Positions 38,604 through 47,948 of a stretch of 62,073 nucleotides of DNA are shown piece by piece. Position 1 is the stretch's first letter, and every line of letters begins with the position of its first letter. Where the stretch lies: positions 1-62,073 of IMG/VR virus record IMGVR_UViG_3300045918_000207. One strand, 5' to 3'. The DNA comes from a virus. Taxonomy: Duplodnaviria > Caudoviricetes. The position numbers and the translations under genes were made by a program. The notes under the pieces are model-generated. The model saw only the letters and a program-made list of their open reading frames with translations. It was not told the origin of the DNA and searched no databases.

Positions 38604-39239
38604 ATGATGCTACCATTTAAAGAATTAATTGCAAAGCATAACCTGAATATTACAGGTGTTTGCCATTTAGGTGCAAATGCAGGACAAGAAAGATTTATAT
38701 ATGATGAACTAATAAATGGCAAAGTGCTATGGGTAGAAGCTATACCTATTGTAGCACATCAACTAATTGATAATTTAAAGCCTTTCCCAAAACAAAGTGC
38801 ATTACAGTCTTGTTTAAGTGATACCGATGGCGAAGTAGTTGCATTTAATATATCAGATAATGAATCCCAAAGTTCAAGTATGCTTAAATTCGGTGTACAT
38901 GAAATTATTCACCCAAATGTAACTTTTATTGATACTATAAGGTTAGTTACTGATAGATTTGATACTTTGATTAGTTCATTGAAAATGGATATATCAGGGC
39001 TGAACTTATTATCGCTTGACGTTCAGGGAAGTGAGTTGAAAGTTTTAAAAGGAATGGGCAATTACTTACAACAATTCGATTATATAATTTCAGAAATTAA
39101 TTCAGTAGAAACTTATCAAGGTTGTGCATTAGTGGGAGAAATAGATGAATTTCTTTGGGATTACGAAAGAGTTGAAACAGGTGAATTAGTTGGTGGGGCA
39201 TGGTCGGATGCCTTGTACTGCAAAAAGAAACTTATATGA
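38604..39239 (+). CDS. FkbM-family methyltransferase
   Basis: HLGANAGQE, VEA, SSSML, LDVQGSELKVLKG, SEI...Y.G, WSDALY. Confidence 0.9.
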   Translation: MMLPFKELIAKHNLNITGVCHLGANAGQERFIYDELINGKVLWVEAIPIVAHQLIDNLKPFPKQSALQSCLSDTDGEVVAFNISDNESQSSSMLKFGVHEIIHPNVTFIDTIRLVTDRFDTLISSLKMDISGLNLLSLDVQGSELKVLKGMGNYLQQFDYIISEINSVETYQGCALVGEIDEFLWDYERVETGELVGGAWSDALYCKKKLI

Positions 39240-40096
39240 TATACGTACCTGATTACCTAAAGCCACATATCAATACCAACTATCCCGAAAGTAATAAACT
39301 TATCTTTGAGGAATGGCTAACGCAACAAACATTGCCCGAATTAGAACGTGAGTTTATTCCAATACACATTACTGCATACCACGTAAATAATTCTTACGGA
39401 CAAGATAGAGAATGTATATACAAACTACAAGAGTTCTTTGATGGGTTAGATAGAAGTAAAAAGTATTGGTGCGTATGGCAGTATGACGATGGACTTTTAA
39501 TTGATACCAAAGACTTAGATATAGTAACCTTTGGTATGTCTTATAGATTACCTGAACAAAAACCTACTTATGTTATACCATTGATAGGACAGATGGGGGA
39601 TAGGTTAATTAAAGAGAAAAAATATAAAGCAAGTTTTATAGGAAGTCGGACACATCCGATAAGGGATGAAATAGTTTCAGCATTAAATAATAGAAAAGAG
39701 TATTTCGTTTCAACCGAGCAATTTAGACCACAGGATTATTTTGAAATAATGGCTGAATCAGTATTTACTATTTGCCCAAGAGGATATGGATTGCCAAGTT
39801 TCAGAACTTTTGAAGCAATACATAATTATTCTATTCCAGTATATGTATCTGATGAATTTATGATACCTTACGGTAAAGATTTTAGTGAGTATGGTGTTAT
39901 AGTTCGTTCTGATGAAATAGCAATTTTACCCGAAATATTATCGTCTTTCTCCCAATATACCATTAATCAAAAAATGAAACGAATGGAAGAATTATATTGG
40001 TGGTTATGTACCTATGAGGGAGTAAAGGATAGGATTATTCAAACATTGAATTTACATGATGCATCAGAAAAGTACGAAAGATTAAAACATATATAA
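39236..40096 (+). CDS. Exostosin-like glycosyltransferase (GT47)
   Basis: ASFIGS.THPIR, SVFTICPRGYGLPSFRTFEAI...IPVYVSD; start moved to the ATGA overlap at 39236. Confidence 0.88.
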   Translation: MIYVPDYLKPHINTNYPESNKLIFEEWLTQQTLPELEREFIPIHITAYHVNNSYGQDRECIYKLQEFFDGLDRSKKYWCVWQYDDGLLIDTKDLDIVTFGMSYRLPEQKPTYVIPLIGQMGDRLIKEKKYKASFIGSRTHPIRDEIVSALNNRKEYFVSTEQFRPQDYFEIMAESVFTICPRGYGLPSFRTFEAIHNYSIPVYVSDEFMIPYGKDFSEYGVIVRSDEIAILPEILSSFSQYTINQKMKRMEELYWWLCTYEGVKDRIIQTLNLHDASEKYERLKHI

Positions 40097-40097
40097 A

Positions 40098-40466
40098 ATG
40101 ATGTTTGAAAATGGTGATATATTGAAAGTAAAAGTAGCAAGTCATTCCCATGTCATTGAGCCATATTATGTTTTAGTTGAAAATGGCGGTGGTGACGGTT
40201 TTTCATTTACTACAAGTATTCCGAATGTAATGAAAAGACTTTGGTGTAATTCAAAAGCCCCTGAATATGAATACCATAAAGATAGATGTTCAAAAGTTGG
40301 TACAATGGAAACACATGGATATTTATTATACAATCAAAAATTAAGAATGAATGGTAAGACAATATATTCCGCAAATACTACATGGTGGTCATTCCCCAAG
40401 AATACCAATTTTATTAAAAGAATTAGAGCAGCAGGGAATATCAGACTACAAAATATGGGAAGGTAA
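40098..40466 (+). CDS. Hypothetical protein inside the glycan cluster
   Basis: 122-aa ORF overlapping the next gene by 116 bp. Confidence 0.45.
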   Translation: MMFENGDILKVKVASHSHVIEPYYVLVENGGGDGFSFTTSIPNVMKRLWCNSKAPEYEYHKDRCSKVGTMETHGYLLYNQKLRMNGKTIYSANTTWWSFPKNTNFIKRIRAAGNIRLQNMGR

Positions 40467-40914
40467 ACACGATAAGGATTCAGTAGTGAAAGCAATCAAT
40501 TTATCTCATAAAATGATAGTTGAAGATGCCTTAGAGCAAGGGTTGGAGTTTACTATAATTTTCGAGGACGACATTAAATTTACAGATATTGGTGCATGGG
40601 ATTACTTCTTAGCCAACAAACCAAAATCATTTGACCTTTACTTAGGTGGTATTTATTTAGGGGATATTTTACCCGACAATACCGTAAAATCATTCACAGC
40701 ATTACATTGCTATATTATCCATTGTAAGTTCTACTCCACTTTCCTTTCTACTCCCGATAACATCCATATAGACAACTCATTAGCTAATTTAGGGGATTAT
40801 CATGTATGTAACCCTATGGTAGCAATTCAATATGGTGGCTACTCATCAAACACAGGTAAGGACGAAACCTACGATAACCTTCTCCAAAACAGGGTACTTT
40901 ACACTAAAAATTAA
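40351..40914 (+). CDS. Glycosyltransferase family 25-like (second copy)
   Basis: INLSHKMIV, IIFEDDI, FDLYLGG, ALHCYII, HID. Confidence 0.8.
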   Translation: MVRQYIPQILHGGHSPRIPILLKELEQQGISDYKIWEGKHDKDSVVKAINLSHKMIVEDALEQGLEFTIIFEDDIKFTDIGAWDYFLANKPKSFDLYLGGIYLGDILPDNTVKSFTALHCYIIHCKFYSTFLSTPDNIHIDNSLANLGDYHVCNPMVAIQYGGYSSNTGKDETYDNLLQNRVLYTKN

Positions 40915-40984
40915 CATTAAGGCAACTTTTTTTAAAAAAAGATTAAAAAAAACTTTAAGAAACCTTAAAATAACATTAATTTCG
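40911..40984 (+). promoter_or_regulatory. Phased TTAA array and putative promoter upstream of the head operon
   Basis: TTAA at 40932, 40943, 40955, 40965 and 40976, ending in TAATTTCG. Confidence 0.45.
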
Positions 40985-41001
40985 GGAAACACTATTTCCC
41001 A

Positions 41002-43437
41002 TTGGCAAGTACGTCCCCTTATAATTACCCTGATGCCTCGATAGACCCCCGCAAAAAGGGGCTTGAATGGCTTATAAAATACGCAAATGCGGCTTTTTAT
41101 GACCGTAAAGGTTACCAACCATTGTCAATCAATCAGGCGACAATAGGTAACCAAAAAATGTCTGAAATAAGGCTTTACTCATTAGGTAAGCAGCCTATTA
41201 ACAAATACAGAAAGATACTTACAGGAACAGAACAGGAAGATAATACATGGCTTAATTTAGATTGGTCAGTAGCTAATATCCTTTCAAAATTCAGAGAAAT
41301 AGCCATTTCAAAGATAATGCAGGTCATGTACGATGTACAGGCAAGTGCAGTAGACCCAATGTCACGTACCATAGAAGATGAATATTTTAACAAGATGAAG
41401 GTTAAAATAATGATGCGTCAGGCAGCAGAACAAGCAGGTAATCAGGAATTAGCCCAACACCCAATGTTAAAGGCTCAAACAGGTGAACCCGAAGATGAAG
41501 AACAGCTACAAATAGATATGGAATATGGCTACAAGACCGAAATGGAAATGGAAGCCGAACAAGCCATAACATTAATTCTCCAACAAAACGATAGCGAAGA
41601 ATACCGCAAAAGCACCATTGAAGATTGGTATGATTTCGGTATTGCAGGGTATAAGCAATGGATTGATGAAAATGGGATGGTGAAATTCAGGGCAGTAAAA
41701 CCTGAAAATCTTGTTATTTCATACTGCCAAAACAGAAACTTTTCGGATGCAGTACACATGGGAGAAGGAATACAGGTACAAGTTAATGACTTAGTACCTT
41801 TTTTCACACGTGACCAAATAATTTATATATGCAAAAATATAGCAGGTAAATGGGGTAATCCTGCATCCTTCACACCAACAGTAGATAGGTTTTGGGATAG
41901 CTTTAAGGTACTTGTTTTTGACCTTGAGTTAATCACATGGAACACATACGTTTATAAGGATGAAATAGACGGAAGGGGTAATGAAAGGTTTGGTAAAACA
42001 GCCTACGAAAACCTGCAATTTGTAAAGGGTGGGCAATCAAAAGAAGATGCAGAATACTTAGCACCAATGGAAGATTCTGCACAGAAACAAGGTTCAGCTA
42101 CACCTAAATACATGAACATTACCAAAAAAGTAAAGTATAAAATTAAGTGGATAGTAGGAACAGATTTTGCCTATGATTATGGTGAAGCAGAAAACCAACC
42201 ACGTAAACTTTCTTCATGGTGGGATACACAACTTAACTACCATTGCTACGCATGGAACTTTAATAAAATGATGTTTAGTGGTATTACTGAAAGGCTTATA
42301 CCTATTCAAGATAACTACCAATTAACATGGATGCGTTTACAGAACCTTAAAGCAAAACTTATCCCGTACTTAATTACATTGGATTTGGATGCTTTGGAGA
42401 ATGTAGCATTGGGTAAGGGTGGGGAAGATATGACACCAAAAGAAATCGTAAACTTCATGTTTGAAAATAACGTGTTCGTTTATAGAAGTGGTGAAGTATT
42501 TAGTGGTAAGCAAGCCAACTATAACCCCGCAGCAATATTGCCATCAGGACAATTACAAGCCTTTACACAACTATACGAAGATTTGCGTTTCTCTATTCAA
42601 CAAATGAGAGATATATCAGGGTTGAATGAAGTTACAGACGGTAGTTCACCTAACGCAAAAATGCTTACCACAGGATTAGAACTTGCTAATCAAGGAACAA
42701 ACAATGCCATATACATGATAATGGATGCCGATAGGAAATTATTGGGTAAGCATTATGATGGTATCATGCAGAACATACAGATAGCAGTTAAGTTAGGTAA
42801 GGTTGAAGGGTACGTAAAAGCATTGGGTACAGGTACAGTTAGATTCTTGAATATTAGCCCCGACATTGCATTATCTGAATTTGGAATATTTGTTAATCCA
42901 GTACCAACAGCAGAAGAAAGACAACAGCTTATCGCTGAACTTAATTTAAAGGATAGTCAAGGCTTAATAGACCCCGCAGATAAGATAACAGTAATGACTT
43001 GCACCAACTTAAAACAGGCTGCAAAATTACTTGCTTACAGGGTTAAAAAACGTCAAGAACAGCAGCAGCAATTTGCACTACAACAGACCCAAGTTAAGCA
43101 ACAAGGGGATGCACAGATAGCTATGCAGATTGAACAAATGAGGCAGCAGACTATAATGATGCAAACACAAGGCACATTACAAATAGAAAACTTGAAAGGT
43201 GAGTGGATGTATAAGACTGAAATGATGAAGAAAACAAGTGACCAAACAGAAGCACAAATACAAGCAGAATCCAAAACAGTAGGTAATCAAATTCAGGCAG
43301 AAGCTAAAAAAGAAGCAGCACATATAGCAGCAGGTAGTCATTTAGCAGGTACACATTTGAAAGGACAGGCAGATTTACTAATGACTGAAATGGATAATAA
43401 CACAGCAAAAGAAACTGCTAAGAAAAAAACAGCTTAA
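41002..43437 (+). CDS. Portal protein (large, crAss-like/Bacteroidota podovirus type)
   Basis: 811 aa; WLNLDWS, ERLIPIQD.YQLT, RDISGLNEVTDGSSP; Gln-rich C-terminal coiled coil; TTG start. Confidence 0.85.
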   Translation: MASTSPYNYPDASIDPRKKGLEWLIKYANAAFYDRKGYQPLSINQATIGNQKMSEIRLYSLGKQPINKYRKILTGTEQEDNTWLNLDWSVANILSKFREIAISKIMQVMYDVQASAVDPMSRTIEDEYFNKMKVKIMMRQAAEQAGNQELAQHPMLKAQTGEPEDEEQLQIDMEYGYKTEMEMEAEQAITLILQQNDSEEYRKSTIEDWYDFGIAGYKQWIDENGMVKFRAVKPENLVISYCQNRNFSDAVHMGEGIQVQVNDLVPFFTRDQIIYICKNIAGKWGNPASFTPTVDRFWDSFKVLVFDLELITWNTYVYKDEIDGRGNERFGKTAYENLQFVKGGQSKEDAEYLAPMEDSAQKQGSATPKYMNITKKVKYKIKWIVGTDFAYDYGEAENQPRKLSSWWDTQLNYHCYAWNFNKMMFSGITERLIPIQDNYQLTWMRLQNLKAKLIPYLITLDLDALENVALGKGGEDMTPKEIVNFMFENNVFVYRSGEVFSGKQANYNPAAILPSGQLQAFTQLYEDLRFSIQQMRDISGLNEVTDGSSPNAKMLTTGLELANQGTNNAIYMIMDADRKLLGKHYDGIMQNIQIAVKLGKVEGYVKALGTGTVRFLNISPDIALSEFGIFVNPVPTAEERQQLIAELNLKDSQGLIDPADKITVMTCTNLKQAAKLLAYRVKKRQEQQQQFALQQTQVKQQGDAQIAMQIEQMRQQTIMMQTQGTLQIENLKGEWMYKTEMMKKTSDQTEAQIQAESKTVGNQIQAEAKKEAAHIAAGSHLAGTHLKGQADLLMTEMDNNTAKETAKKKTA

Positions 43438-43452
43438 TCAAACTAAAAATAT

Positions 43453-44541
43453 ATGACAATTTCAGATTTAGTAAAAGCAGAAGAAACAAAACAAACGCAA
43501 GATACAGTAATACCCGAAGCGTCAACTACAACAGTAACACCCGAAGGTGATTTACAAAATAATGTAGTACCCGAAGCACCCGTAATTACACCCGAAGCAG
43601 AAGAAAACGTTTCTACTTTTACCATACCTGAATTTACAGAACCTACCCAAACAGGGGTATCAGAAAAAACAGAAACAACTACTGCAACACCGTCAACTAA
43701 TTGGCAGGATATTGTTAAGACGGTAGATAAAAAAGAGTTAGCCAAAGCAGCAGGTATATCAGACTTCGCACTTGAATTGAATGAGTATATTAATAGTGGT
43801 GGGGATGCTTCTGATTATATAGCAGCAAAAGGAATTGATTGGAATAAAATACCCGATGCAGATTTAATTATTGATGAATTAAGAAAAGAATACCCCGATG
43901 CTAATAACCAACAGTTACAAAGGTTATTTAATAAAAAGTATAACCAAACTGATTTAGCAGACGATGAAGATAGAGAAGATGGAGAGTTACTAATGAAAGC
44001 AGATGCCCGTAAAGTAAGGCAAGCAAGAATTGAGTATCAGCAGAAATTTAAAATGCCTGAACAAGTGAAACAGCAAGAATCACTTGATTTAGAACAAATA
44101 AAGTTGGAAGCCGAGCAAGCACAGATGGCAGAATTTGAAAAGGTTAAGTCATTTTATGACAACCACGAAGCAACCAAAAACCTAATTAATAGCAAGAGAG
44201 TTGCCGTCAAGTTAGGTGAAAAAGGTTCTTTCAATTTCAATATTGACAAGCCCGAAGTGCTTATGCAAATGTTGTTGGATGGTAAGACATGGCAAGCAGT
44301 AACATCTAATAAGCAGGGAGAGCCTGACGTAGAAAAGTTACAAGAAATTGCCCTGCATGCCGCAAATCCAAATTACAACATGGACTTAGTAAACTACGGC
44401 ATCGCTTTAGGAAAAAAGATGATGGTAGAAGAAGGTCAAAATGCGAAGCGTCCAATAGGTTCAGTACCCGGAAGTGATGGAGTAAGTAAAGGACTTGTTA
44501 TTAAAGGAACAGGTACGCTAAAACAGCACATGGGTAATTAG
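43453..44541 (+). CDS. Capsid scaffolding protein
   Basis: Acidic low-complexity N-terminus, helical body, lies between portal and capsid genes. Confidence 0.7.
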   Translation: MTISDLVKAEETKQTQDTVIPEASTTTVTPEGDLQNNVVPEAPVITPEAEENVSTFTIPEFTEPTQTGVSEKTETTTATPSTNWQDIVKTVDKKELAKAAGISDFALELNEYINSGGDASDYIAAKGIDWNKIPDADLIIDELRKEYPDANNQQLQRLFNKKYNQTDLADDEDREDGELLMKADARKVRQARIEYQQKFKMPEQVKQQESLDLEQIKLEAEQAQMAEFEKVKSFYDNHEATKNLINSKRVAVKLGEKGSFNFNIDKPEVLMQMLLDGKTWQAVTSNKQGEPDVEKLQEIALHAANPNYNMDLVNYGIALGKKMMVEEGQNAKRPIGSVPGSDGVSKGLVIKGTGTLKQHMGN

Positions 44542-44565
44542 TAAACAATTTAAACTAAAAATCAA

Positions 44566-45909
44566 ATGTCAAGTTACGGTAATATAACCAAATCGTATGT
44601 GTCTGCCGTTGACCCTGTAATTGATACAAGGGAAATCAACAAAAATGTAGCCGATGTAAACAATCAGGACTACTTAACAGACATAATGAACTGGGGCGAC
44701 AGAAAAAAAGTAATCGCCACAGGTCAACCAATTTACTACACTTTCGTAAATGAAAGCGTATTCAAAAAAGTAACTGTTACATCAGTAACAAGTGGTAGTG
44801 GAACAACTACTCTTATTCTTGTATTGACAGCAGCTACATCAGGTCAAACTAAAGTTCAGGACTTGCTGAAATTCACAGATAATAATGTGGGTATCGTGTA
44901 TGCAGTATCTACTTCATCAGGGGTTGATACTATCACAGTTAAGAGTGTTGCAGGTGCAAACATCGTTTGTACAGCAGCAGATAAATTAGCTGTATTTTCA
45001 GTTGCAATGGGTGAAAGAAGTGATGCTCCATCAAACGAGCGTTTCGGATTAACCCGTTACTCTAACAAGTATCAAATTTTCTCTGTAACATCTGAAATTA
45101 CAGACGTTCAAAATGCAGCTACCGTAGAGGTAGACTTTGAAGGTCAACCTAAATGGGTAGTTAAAGACCACATTGAGAAGAAATTGAAACTTAAAGGAGT
45201 AGTTAATGCTGCATTTATCGGTGGTGATATTTCAGTTACTTCATTCTCTGATACCAACCCTTACTTAGTTGACCAAAACATCGTAACAGGTGGTGGTGGT
45301 AGCGGTGCAGTACAGACCACAAGAGGTACTGATAAGTATTGCGAATTATACGGTACTACCCTTAATACAGGTGGTGGTGCTTATACCATTGGTGCAGTAG
45401 ACGATGCTTTGGATAACCTTACAGCATTGAAAGCACCTACTGACTACTTAGTAGTTGGTGGTAAAAAAGCCCGTAGAAAAGTTGATACTTTTTGGAAAAA
45501 TCTTGGTTCTTCAGGGGTAACTTCTGTACGTCTTAACATTGACGGAAAAGAACTGGATTTGGAAGTAGATAAAGTGGATTATGGTGGTTATTCACTGCAC
45601 TACATGACAATGCCTATTTTGGATAACCCTGATATGTTCTCCGAAGTAGTTATCTCAAAATCTCTGTACTACATGCCATACAACGCAAGCGTTAAGGTAA
45701 TGGGCGGTGGTTTTGAACCTGCAATGCAGATTCGTTATGTACCTGCACAGAATTTGTACGGTAGTGAAATGATTGGTGAAACCCATAGCGGTGCATTATC
45801 TCCAATTAATCCTAACGGAACAGTTCAGGAGTGGAAAATGATTTACACTACCAAACAAGGTAATGAAATCTTAGCCCCTTCATTCTTGTTACGTCAGCAA
45901 GTTAGTTAG
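44566..45909 (+). CDS. Major capsid protein
   Basis: 447 aa after scaffold; NKYQIF...EITD, TTRG; biased codon use; downstream terminator. Confidence 0.85.
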   Translation: MSSYGNITKSYVSAVDPVIDTREINKNVADVNNQDYLTDIMNWGDRKKVIATGQPIYYTFVNESVFKKVTVTSVTSGSGTTTLILVLTAATSGQTKVQDLLKFTDNNVGIVYAVSTSSGVDTITVKSVAGANIVCTAADKLAVFSVAMGERSDAPSNERFGLTRYSNKYQIFSVTSEITDVQNAATVEVDFEGQPKWVVKDHIEKKLKLKGVVNAAFIGGDISVTSFSDTNPYLVDQNIVTGGGGSGAVQTTRGTDKYCELYGTTLNTGGGAYTIGAVDDALDNLTALKAPTDYLVVGGKKARRKVDTFWKNLGSSGVTSVRLNIDGKELDLEVDKVDYGGYSLHYMTMPILDNPDMFSEVVISKSLYYMPYNASVKVMGGGFEPAMQIRYVPAQNLYGSEMIGETHSGALSPINPNGTVQEWKMIYTTKQGNEILAPSFLLRQQVS

Positions 45910-45916
45910 TAACCAT

Positions 45917-45950
45917 AGGGGAGGGATGAAATACTCTCTCCCCTTTTTTT
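45917..45950 (+). terminator. Intrinsic terminator after the capsid gene
   Basis: aggggaggga...tctctcccct stem plus T run. Confidence 0.85.
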
Positions 45951-45968
45951 ATAAAACAAAAATAACGT

Positions 45969-46847
45969 ATGAAAACAGTTAAAGACTTCAACAACATTTC
46001 TGAAAAACTAAAAGCAGAAATACCTGTATTAGCACCCGAACAAGTGGCAACATTTCAAATGCTAAATGGCAGACCTAACCCCGATGATGATGATAAGAAA
46101 AAGAATCCAATGTTGTTTGGTAAGAAACAATTACAAACACAATTCAGAATCTTTGACAAGTACAAGAAAGATAGTACAGGAAAAGAAGTAGGTGGTTATG
46201 TTGACATTGTATTAGCAGAAGATTGGGTTGAGGATAAGCCTACCAAATCTAAAATGTATGTAGCAGGATTTGGGGATGGTTTCTTTACAGGTAAATTTGA
46301 TTTAGTTGGTGGCAGAATTGAAGATGAAGAACTTTACGAAGTATTAATGCTTTCACCCGAAAGAGAAGGTTCACCATGTCCTAATAAATCAATTCAACCA
46401 TTATTTAAATTGGTTGATTTCAAAAAAGAAGCAGAAAAGAAAACAAAAGATTTAACCAAATTCCGTAGAGCAGTTGATTTGGCTATTAGTATTAATGCCG
46501 ATGATGCAGCAGTAGTATTACGTTCTATTAACAGAAGCTATACCGATGCAGACGAAAGAATTGCAGCAGTAGGAGAATTAGCACGTACTAACCCTGATTT
46601 ATTCCTTACTATCTATGACGACCCACAGAAAGCAACCAAAGCAACTTTAAAAGAAGCAATGGAAGCAGGTATCATTGGAATAGATGCAAAAGGAGTAGTA
46701 TCAATGGGTACAGAAACATTAACCACTATCAAAACAAAAGATGGTGTTGAATTACTTGAAAAACTTACATCATGGGTAAATTCAGCACAAAATGGTAAAG
46801 ATGTTTTTGATTTAATTAAAAAGCAATTACAGCCAACAATGGCTTAA
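45969..46847 (+). CDS. Conserved-position head-associated protein
   Basis: 292 aa directly after the capsid gene; ARTNPDLFL...EAGII resembles proteins at this position in crAss-like phages. Confidence 0.55.
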   Translation: MKTVKDFNNISEKLKAEIPVLAPEQVATFQMLNGRPNPDDDDKKKNPMLFGKKQLQTQFRIFDKYKKDSTGKEVGGYVDIVLAEDWVEDKPTKSKMYVAGFGDGFFTGKFDLVGGRIEDEELYEVLMLSPEREGSPCPNKSIQPLFKLVDFKKEAEKKTKDLTKFRRAVDLAISINADDAAVVLRSINRSYTDADERIAAVGELARTNPDLFLTIYDDPQKATKATLKEAMEAGIIGIDAKGVVSMGTETLTTIKTKDGVELLEKLTSWVNSAQNGKDVFDLIKKQLQPTMA

Positions 46848-46856
46848 ATGATAACT

Positions 46857-46886
46857 ACCTACCCAATGTAAAAGTTGGGTAGGTTT
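46857..46886 (+). terminator. Hairpin / weak terminator
   Basis: acctacccaa...ttgggtaggt perfect 10-bp stem. Confidence 0.6.
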
Positions 46887-46899
46887 AAAAATTACCATT

Positions 46900-47418
46900 A
46901 TGAGTTTTACGCAAAACTTTAGCATAACAGCTAATATTACGACACCTTCCGCATTTAGTCTTTCCGATACAAGCGTTGGAAGCGATGGTGCAATTACGGG
47001 AAGGTATGTATATGTACAAACAAATGATGGTAGTTATTTAACTCCTACAGGAAATTCAGGGAATGGAATAAACTGGACATTAGCAAGTGGGGCAGCTATT
47101 ACGATTGATTGTATGGATAAAGACTATGCTTTAAACATTACAGTATTTTGGATAGGGGGAAGTACAATACTTTATCAAAAAACAATACTTGCAGAATTTA
47201 ATGCTTACGCAAGAACATATAGAGCAAAACTATTCAAATCAATAGCTACTAATCCTAAACAATTAGATAACGCTAACTTCTTTAATGTTTACTCTAATAT
47301 CACAACGTATATCAATGGTGCTAACGAAGCCGTAACATTAATGAGTGACATTACGTTGGCACAATTAGGAAATAATAAGGCTAAATTTTATATAGATAAT
47401 CCTCAACTCGCTTTCTGA
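46900..47418 (+). CDS. Putative structural protein (fibre hub/collar)
   Basis: Beta-rich N-terminal half plus helical C-terminal half; position before fibre. Confidence 0.5.
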   Translation: MSFTQNFSITANITTPSAFSLSDTSVGSDGAITGRYVYVQTNDGSYLTPTGNSGNGINWTLASGAAITIDCMDKDYALNITVFWIGGSTILYQKTILAEFNAYARTYRAKLFKSIATNPKQLDNANFFNVYSNITTYINGANEAVTLMSDITLAQLGNNKAKFYIDNPQLAF

Positions 47419-47936
47419 TGTCAATAGCAAACACACTAAATATCGCCAAAGTTTGTGTATCCTTAACTATTCAAGCAATCGAACAGGGCTTGGAAAAGGA
47501 TTTATTATTGCCATTGAAAATTGATATATCACAGCAAGTAGTAAATGATATTAATACAGACGATTCAAGTAATGCTGATTTAACTGCAATGAGTAATCAG
47601 CTTTTTGCTATGTGTGGTGGGTATGCTTTTGAAGCACAACGAGTATTAAACTTAGGTGGCGGTGGAATAGTTGCTACAACACCTGCGGGAAGCGGATTAA
47701 CACCTTTTCCTATATCTCATGTAGTTACAGTAGGTGAATCAGGTTCTATGACTATAAGCAGTACAGCATGGGTGGGGCTTGAAGATATTAACCAAGTGGT
47801 TATTAATCAATCAGTATTCCAAGTGGGTTATCAGTTTACATTTAACCCACTTTCAGGCGTATTCGATTTCTCATTAACAGGATATACATTACAAACGGGC
47901 GACATAATTACATCATTCGGCTTCATGCCTGTTTAA
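47418..47936 (+). CDS. Putative structural protein
   Basis: Helical N-terminus, LFAMCG.Y, Gly linker, beta C-domain. Confidence 0.5.
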   Translation: MSIANTLNIAKVCVSLTIQAIEQGLEKDLLLPLKIDISQQVVNDINTDDSSNADLTAMSNQLFAMCGGYAFEAQRVLNLGGGGIVATTPAGSGLTPFPISHVVTVGESGSMTISSTAWVGLEDINQVVINQSVFQVGYQFTFNPLSGVFDFSLTGYTLQTGDIITSFGFMPV

Positions 47937-47948
47937 ATAATACAATCA

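Noticed and set aside
36346-39239. DNA methyltransferases or a DNA hypermodification cluster
   Set aside because: No DNA-MTase catalytic motifs and no hydroxymethylase or other base-modifying partner; not fully excluded without nucleoside analysis.
34282-40914. Host LPS/capsule locus contaminating the contig
   Set aside because: The genes are tightly coupled to terL and portal on the same strand with similar composition, and lack wzx/wzy or initiating transferases.
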